Made by a program: the position numbers and the translations under genes. Positions 39,441 to 53,699 of a stretch of 64,000 nucleotides of DNA are shown here, one piece after another (position 1 is the first letter of the stretch; each line of letters begins with the position of its first letter). Source of the DNA: Laetmonice hystrix (lineage: Eukaryota); assembly GCA_965235115.1 (NCBI GenBank), contig OZ249436.1, positions 27,344,001 through 27,408,000 on the forward strand. The letters run 5' to 3'. The notes under the pieces were generated by a model, which did no database searches, was not told the DNA's origin, and saw only the letters and a list, made by a program, of their open reading frames with translations.

Positions 39441-40311
39441 GACAGAGCTACCGACCTTTAATGACAATTCAGGTCCATGTAGTCTGGTTCAGACATGTCT
39501 GCGAGCCAGCCAGCAGAACCATCTGTTAGTTATTGGAGCGGCCCACTGTAATTGTGCAGTTTTGTAGGCCGGACCAACAGACTGCCTCAAGGGCACCCAG
39601 ACTTGGATTGTCACCCTGACATGTATGTGGTTGGTCCCAGTCCCGATGTCAGGACCAGCAATGCCGGCGTCAGGTAACCAGACACCAGGTCAGGACATAG
39701 CATGTCCGTGTTGTTGGGGTTCTTTTTAAACAATGTGTTGTTTCATTCTTTTTACACGTAGCCACAGTCGGCAACATGGCATGTGTATCATGTACCATGC
39801 CGCTGTAGTTCTAGATCGCAACCCCAGTCCACAAGGAATGTGTCGACCAACAACTGATGTGACAAAACATATCACGCCATTGTCAATAATTATAAAGTCA
39901 CTGCCGCCAAACACAACCCGACTGCCCGCGGAGCAATTGCTGTGTCGATGAATAGACAATCAGTGAGGCCTTACAGCTGTTGGAGAATAAAAAAAGGTTT
40001 CCCGCTTGGATGTTCCTCCAAAAGTCGCAATTTACTGTGAATGAGCCAAGATGAGGCCTGTGTGAGCAGTGAGCTGCCACATGGCTGGAATTCCTTCGTT
40101 GCTAATGGCGGAACGTCATCGTCTGCTACTGTCAGACGAACAGACAGACGGCGAGTTGTTCATTCCTGATGATTTGACCAACACTTGTCTTGATGGATGG
40201 GACATTGAACATTTGATACATGTCTATTTAAGGGATAAAGTTAACCTGAACTGTAGACGATTCTTTAGGGGTCCTTCGGTCTAATAGCAGTTGAAAATTA
40301 TCCCCATTGAT

Positions 40312-40501
40312 AGGTTATTCACCCATGATAAATTTCCCACATAATTTGTGTGCAGGGGGTCGTGTTAAGTTCAGAGATAGGCAAAGGGATGGGATAGGGA
40401 TATGTTTTGGGAAGTGTAGGGACTAGGGATAAGGTCAGGACTATGGATCTTTACTTTCGACCAAATTTCGTGGGGTTTAAGTTATCATGGGCGATGTACC
40501 T
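40312..40501. mobile_element. About 190-bp MITE with imperfect TIRs, TSD and degenerate (TAGGGA)n core
   Basis: AGGTTATTCACCCATGATAA versus TTATCATGGGCGATGTACCT. ATTGAT flanks both ends (40306-40311, 40502-40507), or alternatively an 8-bp CATTGATA/TATTGATA TSD with GG termini. Confidence 0.7.
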
Positions 40502-41235
40502 ATTGATACAGAGACCATAGATTTTGAACCTTGTCTGACCACCGCACATGCACAGACTACCGAAAACATTGTTTAACTAATATAATATTGAGAACTGTAA
40601 TCAGTTCGACAAACTGCATAACAGAAAAGTGTGACCGTTTTTACGAGAGATCAGGACAATTAGGTTGGTCCGAACTCTTATAAGTGTAAGTATATTAGCA
40701 GTGTTTATGTTGTACTCTCTGCATAAACTGCAGGGTATACACGTATTTCACGGGTATCTACATGTATACAGTGGGTTTAAGTGCATACATGCCCTAAGCT
40801 TTTCATGCTCCTCGCCCTTCCACACCCTGAACCCCGCACCCACCCAAGCCGACAGAAACAGCATCTGTCATTTAGCGAGTTTACAGGCGGTAGCAGTTGG
40901 TGTGCCATATCACAGGTGTAATCATATCGGGCCAGCCAGGTGCGGGGCTGCCCGAGTCAGGTTCGCTGCCACTTAGTCGTCCATTGTGCTCCCAGCTAGG
41001 CTTGTTTTGTGTGCACTCCAACCTTGTCGGTTTGCCCATTACTCCATTCAGACATCTTCAACGCTTTCAATTGCAAAAGGCACAGTGGTAAAATTTCCAC
41101 TCCCTTTGCCTGCCGAGTAAATCTGTATTTATGGCGGGATTATCAGTTCTTTTTTTAGCGTTCAATTACCAGCTAAAGGGGTTGAATGTTGAGGTAGTGT
41201 CAGGTCGTAGGAGAGTTATTTGGTGTGTGTTTTTG

Positions 41236-41465
41236 ATGGGAGAAGCGGGGGTTGGTAAGTAAGGGACGATACGTTTACTGTGAACATGAATGGGAGAAGC
41301 GGGGGTTGGTAAGTAAGGGACGATACGTTTACTGTGAACATGAAAGGTGTGAGATGAGGAGTAAGGTTAAAGATGGTGTGATCAAACTCAGGCACTGCCC
41401 ACACAAGTCTGATCAAACTCGGGCACTGCCGACACAAGTCTGATCAAACTCAGGCACTACCGACA
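41236..41465. repeat. Adjacent short tandem duplications: 54 bp x2 and 31 bp x~3
   Basis: ATGGGAGAAGCGGGGG...GAACATGA at 41236 and 41290; TGATCAAACTCRGGCACTGCCSACACAAGTC from 41379. Confidence 0.9.
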
Positions 41466-43252
41466 GTAGTCTCAGCCACACGTCAGAATGTCCGGACTCA
41501 AGTAAAGAGACGTGGTCCGTACGCTCCCTTTGATTCTAATTCGTCTCCATTAAAGCATGTCAGTCAAAGGAAAAATGAGACTTTTTGATGATTATCCTGT
41601 GAATCATTTTTCCCAGTCAAGTTTATCAAAGGCATTTTTAAGCCCATGACTTTGTTTCTTCACGTGGAGTATATTTTCCTTACCTAACAAAGAACCCCGC
41701 CCTTGCCACAAGCCGTTGACAGTTCAGGTGTAGTGAAGACATTGTGAGGTGAACAGGTGTTGTCCTTGATGCCAGGCGAAGGGTCTATTGTCAACAGTTA
41801 ACACTACATACAACGTCACGCTGAAATCTGAGTCAGATTTCTGTAATTAGGAAACTCTGGCACCTTGACTGATGGTCAGTTACAGCCAATCAGATCCTGG
41901 CCATGACATCCCAATAAAAGTAGTACCATCAGTATATTCTTAGAATTGGGTATCTCACAGAATACTAAATATTTATGAAGTGCAGGGTTACTACAAAATG
42001 ATAAGCACATTTGAACGTGCACAAATTTTGATTTTGATTTTTTGTAATTGTGTGGTTATTTCCTATTGGGGACTGATATTAGGGGGGGGGGCAAAAAGAT
42101 TTTTAACATCGATTTATTTAACCTACACGTAGTTCGACCCTAAACATTGCATTTATTAGGGGCCAACCCTTCTAAATTTGTATGATCTTATAACCAGTAA
42201 ATCATGGAAACAGTTGGATGGAACATATTCATGGACTTTAGTAGTTCAGGATCAGTGATACCGTACAAAAAGTGGAAATACGAATACAGCGGTGGTGTTT
42301 ATATTCACAAGTTTTTTCTTCTTTTTTTTCTAATTACCATTCTTTGCCCACATTTTCATTGGTTAACGAATATTGAAAAAGTGTATTAGAAAGCATGTTC
42401 ATACCTGGCCCCCAGGTTGTTGATGGGATTTTCTACATTGTAAATTGCATTAAATGCTAAATGCTCGGCAATATTCTGCCTGAGAACTGTAGCAAGAAAT
42501 GCTCTAAACGACATCAAAGGTCCGTGGCTAGCTTCTGATTTCTCTGTCGACAAAGATTCTTTGCCAGGGTAATTGGGGTGGGGTGGGAGTGGGGGGTGGT
42601 GCTAGCTTTGAGTACTCAGCCATACGTTTTCATTCTCATCCAATTCTTGCTCAATTAGTCTAATTGGATCATCGAGGAAACATGTGATGAATTTTACCTG
42701 CACTCTCTTTTAAGTTTTTTAAAAGTCGCCATTCAGTTGTCATTTTTTAATAATTATTTGAAAATTAATGGGAAGATCTGCATGCCTGGATGGCAGAGAA
42801 CAATCATTTAAAACAACAAGTACTCAACGATCGTGATGTTTGCCGTGTTGAGGGTGGAACAGGGACCTGGGCATAGAATTAATGATGAGGTGCAGGGTGG
42901 AAAAACCCCTTCTTCATTCATAGTTCTGTGAAACAAAAGAACAAAACATGCCAAGCCTTCGTGATTTGGCAAATGAAAAGGAACTCGGGAAATGTAAAAT
43001 GTGTTAAGTCTGTTATCTAATAATTGTTTTAATCTGTTAAAATGAAAGTTGCATTCTAAACGGCCCATCTTTCCCAACTAACAGTAGTAACGTGTACATT
43101 GTGAATAAGAAATGAAATGTGACAATTTAGGAATTGAATAGCAACATTTAGAGGTAATTGGTTGTTCTTAGAAGTCGGTTGTAGAGGGAGAGATGTAGAG
43201 TTAGAATAAAAATCTTAATCAACTAAACCCAAGAGATGAGAGGATTTCCTTG

Positions 43253-46200
43253 CTTACGTCAAGGGGAACGTGATGCTATAGTCTACTCTACTCTCCCCAG
43301 TGGTGGGTCTGGACTTACGTCAAGGGGAACGTAAGGCTATAATCTACTGTACTGTCCTCAGTGGTGGGTCTGTAGGTTCGCTCTCAAGACTTACGTCAAG
43401 GAGAACGTAAGGCTACAATCTACTGTACTGTCCTCAGTGGTGGCTCTGTAGGTTCGCTCCCAAGACTTACGTCAAGGGGAACGTAAGGTTATAGTCTACT
43501 GTACTGTCCTCAGTGGTGGGTCTGTAGGTTCGCTCTCAAGACTTACGTCAAGGGGAACGTGAGGTTATAGTCTACTGTACTCTCCTCAGTGGTGGGTCTG
43601 TAGGTTCGCTCTCAAGACTTACGTCAAGGGGAATGTAAGGCTATAATCTACTGTACTGTCCTCAGTGGTGGGTCTGTAGGTTCGCTCTCAAGACTTACGT
43701 CAAGGGGAACGTAAGGCTATAATCTACTGTACTGTCCTCAGTGGTGGGTCTGTAGGTTCGCTCTCAAGACTTACGTCAAGGGGAATGTAAGGCTATAATC
43801 TACTGTACTCTCCTCAGTGGTGGGTCTGTAGGTTCGCTCTCAAGACTTACGTCAAGGGGAATGTAAGGCTATAATCTACTGTACTGTCCTCAGTGGTGGG
43901 TCTGTAGGTTCGCTCACAAGACTTACGTCAAGGGGAACGTAAGGTTATAGTCTACTCACTCTCCTCAGTGGTGGGTCTGTAGGTTCGCTCCCAAGACTTA
44001 CGTCAAGGGAACGTAAGGCTATAATCTACTGTACTGTCCTCAGTGGTGGGTCTGTAGGTTCGCTCTCAAGACTTACGTCAAGGGAACGTAAGGCTATAAT
44101 CTACTGTACTGTCCTCAGTGGTGGGTCTGTAGGTTCGCTCTCAAGAATTACGTCAAGGGAACGTAAGGCTATAATCTACTGTACTGTCCTCAGTTGTGGG
44201 TCTGTAGGTTCGCTCACAAGACTTACGTCAAGGGGAACGTAAGGCTACAATCTACTGTACTGTCCTCAGTGGTGGGTCTGTAGGTTCGCTCTCAAGACTT
44301 ACGTCAAGGGGAACGTAAAGCTATAATCTACTGTACTGTCCTCAGTGGTGGGTCTGTAGGTTCGCTCACAAGACTTACGTCAAGGGGAATGTAAGGCTAT
44401 AATCTACTGTACTGTCCTCAGTGGTGGGTCTGTAGGTTCGCTCACAAGACTTACGTCAAGGGGAACGTAAGGTTATAGTCTACTCACTGTCCTCAGTGGT
44501 GGGTCTGTAGGTTCGCTCTCAAGACTTACGTCAAGGGGAACGTAAGGCTATAATCTACTGTACTGTCCTCAGTGGTGGGTCTGTAGGTTCGCTCTCAAGA
44601 CTTACGTCAAGGGGAACGTAAGGCTATAATCTACTGTACTGTCCTCAGTGGTGGGTCTGTAGGTCGCTCACAAGACTTACGTCAAGGGGAACGTAAGGCT
44701 ATAATCTACTGTACTGTCCTCAGTGGTGGGTCTGTAGGTTCGATCACAAGACTTACGTCAAGGGGAACGTAAGGCTATAATCTACTGTACTGTCCTCAGT
44801 GGTGGGTCTGTAGGTTCGCTCACAAGACTTACGTCAAGGGGAACGTAAGGTTATAGTCTACTCACTCTCCTCAGTGGTGGGTCTGTAGGTTCGCTCACAA
44901 GACTTACGTCAAGGGGAACGTAAGGCTATAGTCTACTGTACTCTCCTCAGTGGTGGGTCTGTAGGTTCGCTCACAAGACTTACGTCAAGGGGAACGTAAG
45001 GCTATAATCTACTGTACTGTCCTCAGTGGTGGGTCTGTAGGTTCGCTCTCAAGAATTACGTCAAGGGAACGTAAGGCTATAATCTACTGTACTCTCCTCA
45101 GTGGTGGGTCTGTAGGTTCGCTCACAAGACTTACGTCAAGGGGAACGTAAGGCTATAATCTACTGTACTGTCCTCAGTGGTGGGTCTGTAGGTTCGCTCA
45201 CAAGACTTACGTCAAGGGGAACGTAAGGCTATAATCTACTGTACTGTCCTCAGTGGTGGGTCTGTAGGTTCGCTCACAAGACTTACGTCAAGGAGAACGT
45301 AAGGCTATAATCTACTGTACTGTCCTCAGTGGTGGGTCTGTAGGTTCGCTCACAAGACTTACGTCAAGGGGAACGTAAGGCTATAATCTACTGTACTCTC
45401 CTCAGTGGTGGGTCTGTAGGTTCGCTCTCAAGACTTACGTCAAGGGGAACGTAAGGCTATAATCTACTATACTGTCCTCAGTGGTGGGTCTGTAGGTTCG
45501 CTCACAAGACTTACGTCAAGGGGAACGTAAGGCTATAATCTACTGTACTGTCCTCAGTGGTGGGTCTGTAGGTTCGCTCTCAAGACTTACGTCAAGGGGA
45601 ACGTAAGGCTATAATCTACTGTACTGTCCTCAGTGGTGGGTCTGTAGGTTCGCTCACAAGACTTACGTCAAGGAGAACGTAAGGCTATAATCTACTGTAC
45701 TGTCCTCAGTGGTGGGTCTGTAGGTTCGCTCACAAGACTTACGTCAAGGGGAACGTAAGGCTATAATCTACTGTACTGTCCTCAGTGGTGGGTCTGTAGG
45801 TTCGCTCACAAGACTTACGTCAAGGGGAACGTAAGGCTATAATCTACTGTACTCTCCTCAGTGGTGGGACTGTAGGTTCGCTCACAAGACTTACGTCAAG
45901 GGGAACGTAAGGCTACAATCTACTGTACTGTCCTCAGTGGTGGGTCTGTAGGTTCGCTCACAAGACTTACGTCAAGGGGAACGTAAGGTTATAGTCTACT
46001 CACTCTCCTCAGTGGTGGGACTGTAGGTTCGCTCACAAGACTTACGTCAAGGGAACGTAAGGCTACAATCTACTGTACTGTCCTCAGTGGTGGGACTGTA
46101 GGTTCGCTCACAAGACTTACGTCAAGGGGAACGTAAGGCTACAATCTACTGTACTGTCCTCAGTGGTGGGTCTGTAGGTTCGCTCACAAGACTTACGTCA

Positions 46201-46330
46201 AGGGGAACGTAAGGTTATAGTCTACTCACTCTCCTCAGTGGTGGGACTGTAGGTTCGCTCACAAGACTTACGTCGATGGGAACTCAAGGGTTTAATCCAC
46301 TCTACTCTCCCCTTTGTTGGGTCTGTAGTT
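43253..46330. repeat. Satellite-like tandem array, about 40 units of 76 bp
   Basis: Consensus GACTTACGTCAAGGGGAACGTAAGGCTATAATCTACTGTACTGTCCTCAGTGGTGGGTCTGTAGGTTCGCTCWCAA; period measured from 43312 to 43388. Terminal units are degenerate. Confidence 0.98.
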
Positions 46331-47034
46331 GGCTCGGTCTACAAACTACAAGATCGATAGGGACTTGCATTCTCAGAATCATTGGTGAAGCGGTTTTTTT
46401 TTCTCGTTTCATAGGAGAATCCAGATGAAATGTACATGCAGTATGAAGGATAATGGTGGAATTTGACGTATTACATTACTACCGAACTTCTATGTAAATG
46501 TCAAGTCTATGTGGAAATTCACTTCGACCTGCTTGTTGGTTTAATCCTAGCTTTTCCAGTCTCAGAAAGCATGGACTTGAATACCGACTTATTTTGACGT
46601 TTCCTGAAAACGCAAAATATCGTATTGGTCTGGTCTGGAAAGCCTGTGCGTGGTTTCCGCCCCGTCGAGGAGACCGTTGGAATTCCCGGGACAAGTCGAA
46701 AGTCCTGGTTATCCGTGGCGTGCTGATCCGAGACAAGAGCCTGAAAATCCTGGGATTAGTGAGGATTTTCACGCTTTCATACTGAGCCAGGATAGATTTT
46801 TACCATTGAAATAGTATGGCATCTGTTTGCATTATGCGTCCGCGTTTGTGGACAGAAGAATCTGTACATTTTTATTGGTATCCTAAAATAAAAATAAATT
46901 ACCGGCATGCCTCTTCACCTGAGTTCACTTGCTACGCTCATTCACTCTGACCTTAGACTGACCCCCCCCCCCCACCACTCAATCAACATTGCTGTCATCA
47001 ATATTCACCAAGCGATCTGACGTTGACGGTAAAG

Positions 47035-47036
<2 letters not shown>

Positions 47037-47076
<40 letters not shown>

Positions 47077-47211
47077 CTCCCCCCTTCCCCCTCCCCCTCC
47101 CCCCTCCCCCTCCCCCCTCCCCCTCCCCTCCCCCCTCCCCCCCTCCCCTCCCCCTCCCCTCCCTCCCTCCCTCCCTCCCTCCCTCCCTCCCTCCCTCCCT
47201 CTCTCTCTCTC
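47037..47211. repeat. Pure polypyrimidine tract (CT)n-(CCCCCT)n-(CCCT)n-(CT)n
   Basis: Read directly; explains the poly-P/poly-G ORFs at 46979-47273. Confidence 0.95.
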
Positions 47212-47212
47212 T

Positions 47213-47357
47213 ACATTTCGTAGACTGGTGGTATAATGGGGCGGCTGTCATTTCTCGGGCAGACATTTCGTAGACTGGTGGAAAATAATAGGGCGGCTGT
47301 CATTTCTCGGGCAGACATTTTGTAGACTGGTGGTATAATAATGCGGCGGCTGTCATT
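47213..47357. repeat. About 50-bp tandem repeat x3
   Basis: ACATTTCGTAGACTGGTGG...GGCGGCTGTCATTTCTCGGGCAG repeated. Confidence 0.9.
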
Positions 47358-50300
47358 AGCTCTGAAATAACCTTATTGAACAGTGGGAGTTCCGTCTAAA
47401 TTGGGTCATAACTAAAGTAATATGTTGGCCGCCTTCTCAATTGTGTGATGTCACTCTAGTTTGGCAGCCCCAGTTGTCTGTGCCCATATGTCCCCCGGTC
47501 CCCTGTTGTTCGGCCTTGGCCCGGTGTCTGAAAGAGTGATGCATGTTCCACATCATGTGACTGAGGGAATCAATCATTAAGCTAGATCACAACGGGACCC
47601 AGGTCAAACCAAGGACACGTGACTCTAGTCTGGCAAGTCAAACACAAGTCAGGCATGAGGCAAGGTCAGCAAATAGGCATGCTACACTCTTCCCCCCTCC
47701 TCCGAAAGTACTTAATAATAAAGCCTCCATTGACAGAGTGCCGATCTGGTTGACAATGTTTGTATTGGATGTGGTGGTGGTGGTGGTGGTGGGGGGGGGG
47801 GGGGTACTGCCGCCTGAGATCAAGTCTGAAGCAGTGATATAGGGCATGCCATGGGCATGTTCGGGGTGGGAGGGGAGGGGGTGGGGTTGGTACACATGAC
47901 AGATGACCTATGCAGTAGTGAGACACCAGGTGCAACAACACACAATATAGGACCCGTGGATGCCACCGAAATGCCGTTTGGTTCTGAGCCACAACGTTTA
48001 CACATTACAACCGCCTCGACCTAGGCACTAGGTGCATGTAATCGAGAATTTTTTCCCCGCAGTGTACGAACCCCCCCCCCCCCCCCCCCCTTCAGAGAAG
48101 AGTGAGTAACGGTAGAAAGAAGTGGTTTAAACCCGGTTGACCCAAATACGTTGTAACATTTCGACATTGTCGGCGTAACAGCTATGAGAGCCTTTTGTCT
48201 CAGGTTCTACAACTAACAGCAGAAACACATGTGTTTACTGCAACAATAGAAAAATTGTAATTTTTCTCGCGAAACTTTCCCTTCTAGCTTCCACAAGGGC
48301 ATTTATCTTTGGGCTCAAAGGGAACCGAACCCAGTTTTAAAACCGCTGTTCACATTCTCAGGTGTCCTTGTAATGCTTAACGAGTAACAGGACGCGATCC
48401 CGGCCATAAATTGGTATCATTATCATTTCTTTATCTCCGGAGAAGGGATTACCTTAAGGTCCCTTTGGTTTCTTTTTTTTCATATTTCCATTGATACGTC
48501 GAGGTTTGTACGCCCTGGGAGCTCAGAGGGGAAGGATAGACGTTTTATCCATAACCTATGAAATTTTACACCTCTGCGATTCAGAGAACTCGGCGGTTCA
48601 GAACAATTGTGTTGCTATTGTTACATGTTTGCGTGTAAATTGTTTTATTTTATGCTTCACTCCTTTCTTCAAGGAGATGGAAAAGTCAACGATTGATGCC
48701 ACCGTTTGTGAGATCACTCATAACTTCATAATTCATTCTCATGTAGTTGATTTACCTCCTGTGTATGCATGGTTGCTATATTCTTGTTTGCAGGCCGGTG
48801 AGACACGCTTCAAATGCGACTGTTAATTCTTTAGCATTGAGGGGTTTGACTGTTAATGCTTCCGGAATTGGTAATAATTTTTTTTTTTTTGTTCTTGATG
48901 TTACAGTTATCGGCAATCACTGTTAATGTTTCAGAAGCGTGGCTGCGACTGTTTATAATGTAGGAATAGTGTGTGAATGTTATAGCTAGAGCTCAGTCGA
49001 TGCTGCAGAGTTGAAAAGCTACTGTCAGTGCTGCAGGGTATGAAAACTCATAGACTCATAGTTTCAGGGATCTGCTCAAACCGATAATGGCTATACAGGA
49101 GGGTGATTGTGGTTCCGTCCTCCCAGAGTCGTACATCAGAGGAACCATACCCCCCTCTCATGGCACACGTTACATGTCTGTGGGCGCTGGTACGTACGCC
49201 CTGCCTTGGCAATCTATTACCCGCTGAGACAATGGCATAAGCAATGGCATGCCCGCATCATTGCAAAAATACCACTCAACATGTTCATTCTGCTCTGATG
49301 AGTCTGCCAACGGGCAGCAACAGGACAACAGCTGTCCTTGCCAGTCAGTGTCTATTATATGTATGTGTGAGCCAGGCCCCAGTTTGTAGACTATATGTAA
49401 TAGGTGATGTGTGTTTCATCAGTGGCTGACGTGTGTTTCATCAGTGGCTGACGTGTGTATTAACGGCAAGGCCCACAGCGGCGCTGACACATGACAAGGG
49501 GACGCGATGCTCACCCGACCGGCCTCGCTCATCCATCTTTCAAACCATAATGACGGCCCTAGAGCAGCAGCCTTAGCGAAGCAGCTGCTTTTTACGATAG
49601 AGATTCGCAACAGAAGCATCGAATGCCTTGCTCAGTGTTGCAGTATGTAGGGAGGAGATTGATGATGGCAGAGGAATGACATGATAAGATCTGCGCTCAC
49701 AATCTGCGTGCATAAAAAGTTCAAAACGCGATGCCTCAATGTAAAACTGTCTCTGAGGCTGCGCGTTTGAATTTAGGATGAGGCAAGGATTAACATACAG
49801 TTGAAATCGCTCTCCTTTGGACAAAAATTTGCTTTTAGTAAATAACAAGAACGCAGCTAGATTATATCAGTAGGGAAGTGTAATAAATATAAGTAGAAAT
49901 GTATATTTATGAGCATATAATGTGTCACTAGGACGGGAATGGATATTTGTAAATTGTTTTTATGTTAATGGAAGTACCTTAAGGCAGTGTATATAATGTT
50001 GCCAGGTTGCCTATCTAGTACATCATTAACTGACTTCAGATGTAATGGAGTGTAATATAATGCGCAGTGTAAACATGAATAATTTTGCAGTTATGGAGAA
50101 CTGATAGGCTTTAGGATTACCACTACATGTACTCCTCTATTCTCCCAGCCGAGATGGAGTCATGTGTTTTCTGTACCAACAGCTCGGGCCTGACTAAAAG
50201 TGACGAGATTGGTAGACGAGCCTGGGCGTCACGTGTTATACGGACCCATGGCTTCTGTTTGTGGCGGCAGGTCGCTGAAAACCTCAAGGACGTTATGGCC

Positions 50301-52159
50301 TTCATATTTACAGCACAATGTCTTTTTTACACCGCTCCATTGTTCGGGGGGGGGGGACTATTCGCCGGCGCTTCATGATTGGCGCTCCCTACCGGGTAAG
50401 GGAAGGGGGTGCGACAGAGTAGACAGGAGGGGGTGGTTCGACCCCCCCCCCCCTACTACACACACCCCGCCAGTAGCCGGCTCACACAATCAGCATGGCG
50501 TGTCCCACCCCACACCCCCAATACGGATTTGAATGGCTGTTTCATCTTTACCTCCTCCATTGCCTCAGTAATCCCTTTGAGTACAGAATAAAGGCAGACT
50601 GACGCTGCGTGGGGAAAAAGAGGGGGAGCAGATTTCCTGATGTGGAGAGTCTTTATTTAGTAAGCTACTACATGACATGGTGGTTGTGTCGGGGGCCTGA
50701 CATTTAACACCGAATGACAGTGAGCAACCGAGCCAGCCAGGAGCGTGACATTTTGTCTCGAAGACAACACTAGGGGGGGGGGCGTTCATACAGTGACTGA
50801 AAGCTTTTAATACAGCCATCCACTCACCTCGGCCAGGTCGCTTTATAAATAAACACACTAATAATCACAGAGACAAAAGGAGGATGCAATGCAAATTGTG
50901 TCGGATGCTGAAAGGAACTATTTTCTTTCTTTTTCTCTCTTTCTTTCTTTTTTTCTTGTCTCCATCATTTTATTATTAACGCCCATGTAAATCAGGTGAA
51001 GTCTCGAACATCAAAAGCTAGGTGACGATGTGATATGACGTTGAACGTGACATTCAGTGCCGTTACCGGGTGCCGCACTATAAACGACATGGCATGATTT
51101 GACGTCCATCTTGATAATGCCATTTGATATAATTTTATCAGGCTTGGCATACAAAGGAGCATACGGCATTGTTTTGGCATGATGCAGTAACTGCACCGAG
51201 AGGGGGGGGGGGGTCGGTCTGTTATATTATACGGTATGCATTCTCTCCTCCCATATGCGATATTCAAGTCTCCCGTATATTGGTATAGTCAACGAGACGT
51301 TGGTATATTATACGCTTTTTGTTCTGTGGGCCCGCAGATTCGATAGCATCTAAGCAGGTTCCAGTTAGTGAGATTATTCAGTCTAGCTACCAGATGCATG
51401 GTTTAGATTAACATGAAGTATCGAATCAGTACAGGCAATTACAAAGGTACGTGTGCACAGTTGTTACATACGTACAATACAATATATGTCACAATGGAAT
51501 TTTAGAATGGTATACATCACGATGACTTTATTGTTATGCGTTCAGAGTGGTCATGGTGTAGTTTTTCTAGTGTAGAATCGGTGTCTGGTTTTCAGTATGC
51601 AATGGCCTTCCTCTCAAAATGGATATGGTCTAGTTTTCAGTGTGACTTTATTCTTGCTGTCTGATTAAAATTGAGTTGTAAATTACAGATTAAATCGAAT
51701 ACATAGCAAGGATTATTATAAGCAATATGATATTAACCCAAAAGCATTTCAATTTTGTTTGTCCCTGCATACACAACAGAACAATACCAATAAGCTCTTT
51801 ATTTTTCACTAGCAGCTTCTTTACATGTGAAGGTCCGTCCCCTGTGTTTTTTTACTCAGTAAAACGAATTTTTTAATGACACTATTTTATTTTATAGTCT
51901 ATCACACTTTAAATACTAAAATACGTACATGTAATAATCGTACCCGCGTTTTTTAGAATTAGGATTTCAAATTATGGTAGGTGTATTTCGAGCTCATCCC
52001 CTTCATTCAATTTCCTATAGTATACCAGTCATATCTACTTAGATACTAGGGTTCATCCTTACTGAAACGACTAGCCAAAAATTCTCCCCATTTCATGAAT
52101 CTACACGCTACAGGATGACGATGTGACCGCTGTCACAGTGTGGCTTTGTACGTCCAGCC

Positions 52160-52302
52160 GTCCCTACGTACAGCACACACGCACTGTGACTGAGGGCCGA
52201 GGGGGGAGTCCCTCCGTACAGCACACACGCACTGTGACTGAGGGCCGAGGGGGGAGTCCCTCCGTACAGCACACACGCACTGTGACTGAGGGCCGAGGGG
52301 GA
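52160..52302. repeat. 48-bp tandem repeat x3
   Basis: GTCCCTCCGTACAGCACACACGCACTGTGACTGAGGGCCGAGGGGGGA repeated. Confidence 0.95.
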
Positions 52303-53699
52303 GGGGGGAGGGGGGGGCGATCAATACGGAGCGGCCCGACCGCCCCCGGCGGTCCCCACTTGTCACCCGACAGTGATGTAACACTGATTGAGAATCTGAA
52401 GATTAAAGGACTTGGGTAGAGTCGGTAATCACCCCGCCCGTCTCGGTAATCCCTAGCGGCTTGTCCTCACCAATTGATAATGTTTGTGATGAGTGGACCG
52501 AGGCAGGACAGTATAAGAACCGAATTCATCATTTATGTTGATCATTTACCATGACAGGCAGATGTCTAAGAGTATTGTGGGTTGGTGTTTGGAACGGAAG
52601 AATATTATAGTTCTTTACATAGCCGGTTATGACTTGGGCTCCTTGGTAGCGCCTTTTGTTAAAGTGATTGATCTTCAGAGGGGGAAGCGGAGGGGTTGCC
52701 CCCATTTTTCCTTCTTCCACAGACCGGGTTGTTCAGTGAGGCGGTGACCATAGCAGCCGATATGTCTTCATCCTACATCTCATCGCTCAGTGGAGGGAAG
52801 CTGAGAGATAATGAAGGACCTCCAGTCTACCAGACAGTATAGAGGCTCGACCGACCGGCTGGCATACCTCGGACATACCAACAACTGCCTCATTGGCTCT
52901 CTGCCGCACATTTTAATCGATTCAAGGAGCTGGTGCGATTGAAATAAACATAATTATAAAATAAAGAGATACAAAGTAAATAAATAGATAAATAAATAAG
53001 TAATAACGTGGGAAAAGATATGTTGAATTCACCTTGAGATTATTATATACAGCAGGGATAACATTGCAGCATTAGTGACGAATTTATAATTCGCGTTATA
53101 ATATATGTGCTAGTCTATTTTCCAAATTAGATTATTTTTCAAACTGATTTCTCTACCCCATTGTGACTGATAGTGCCTATACGTTGAGGAACCCAAAGGA
53201 ATTATAATATGTGAACAGAACTGGCAATATTTCATTTAGTCAATGCTGTCTAGATCAGCGACCATAAAAGATTGCCTTTCGAGTCCTCATTGTGAACCCT
53301 TCCGATTTCTATATGGACGCGGTATTCAGGAACATGGTATGTATAATCATTGTATTGTTCGTATATAAACATGGTTGAGGTCATGGTTTATTTAAAATGG
53401 TTAGCTGGAACGTTGTATTTTCCAAACGGGACTTTTTGTTATTGAAAATCTCCCCGCAGCCATACTGTCATTCCACAGGAAGTGAAATCCAATAACTCAC
53501 CACTAGATTCGTTTTTTTAGGGAGTGTTATTTGCCATCTACGTTTAGCGGCTCGGATTGTACTTGATGATTTTTTTTTCTTTCTTTCCGTTCGTGATGTT
53601 GGAGTAATTAAATTGTTAGTCAAATAGAGGCGGTGTTAGTGGTATGTGTGATAGCAGTCAATGTGATGTTAGCAGCGTGCCAATGTTAAAGCCTCGCCA

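Noticed and set aside
43253..46330. CRISPR array or tandem tRNA genes (76-bp period, CAGTGGT and GGTTCG motifs)
   Set aside because: No unique spacers and no cas genes. The A-box-like and B-box-like motifs are only about 10 nt apart and no cloverleaf forms.
50095..50110. GGAGAACTGATA resembling part of miR-184
   Set aside because: The seed end does not match and no precursor hairpin is evident.
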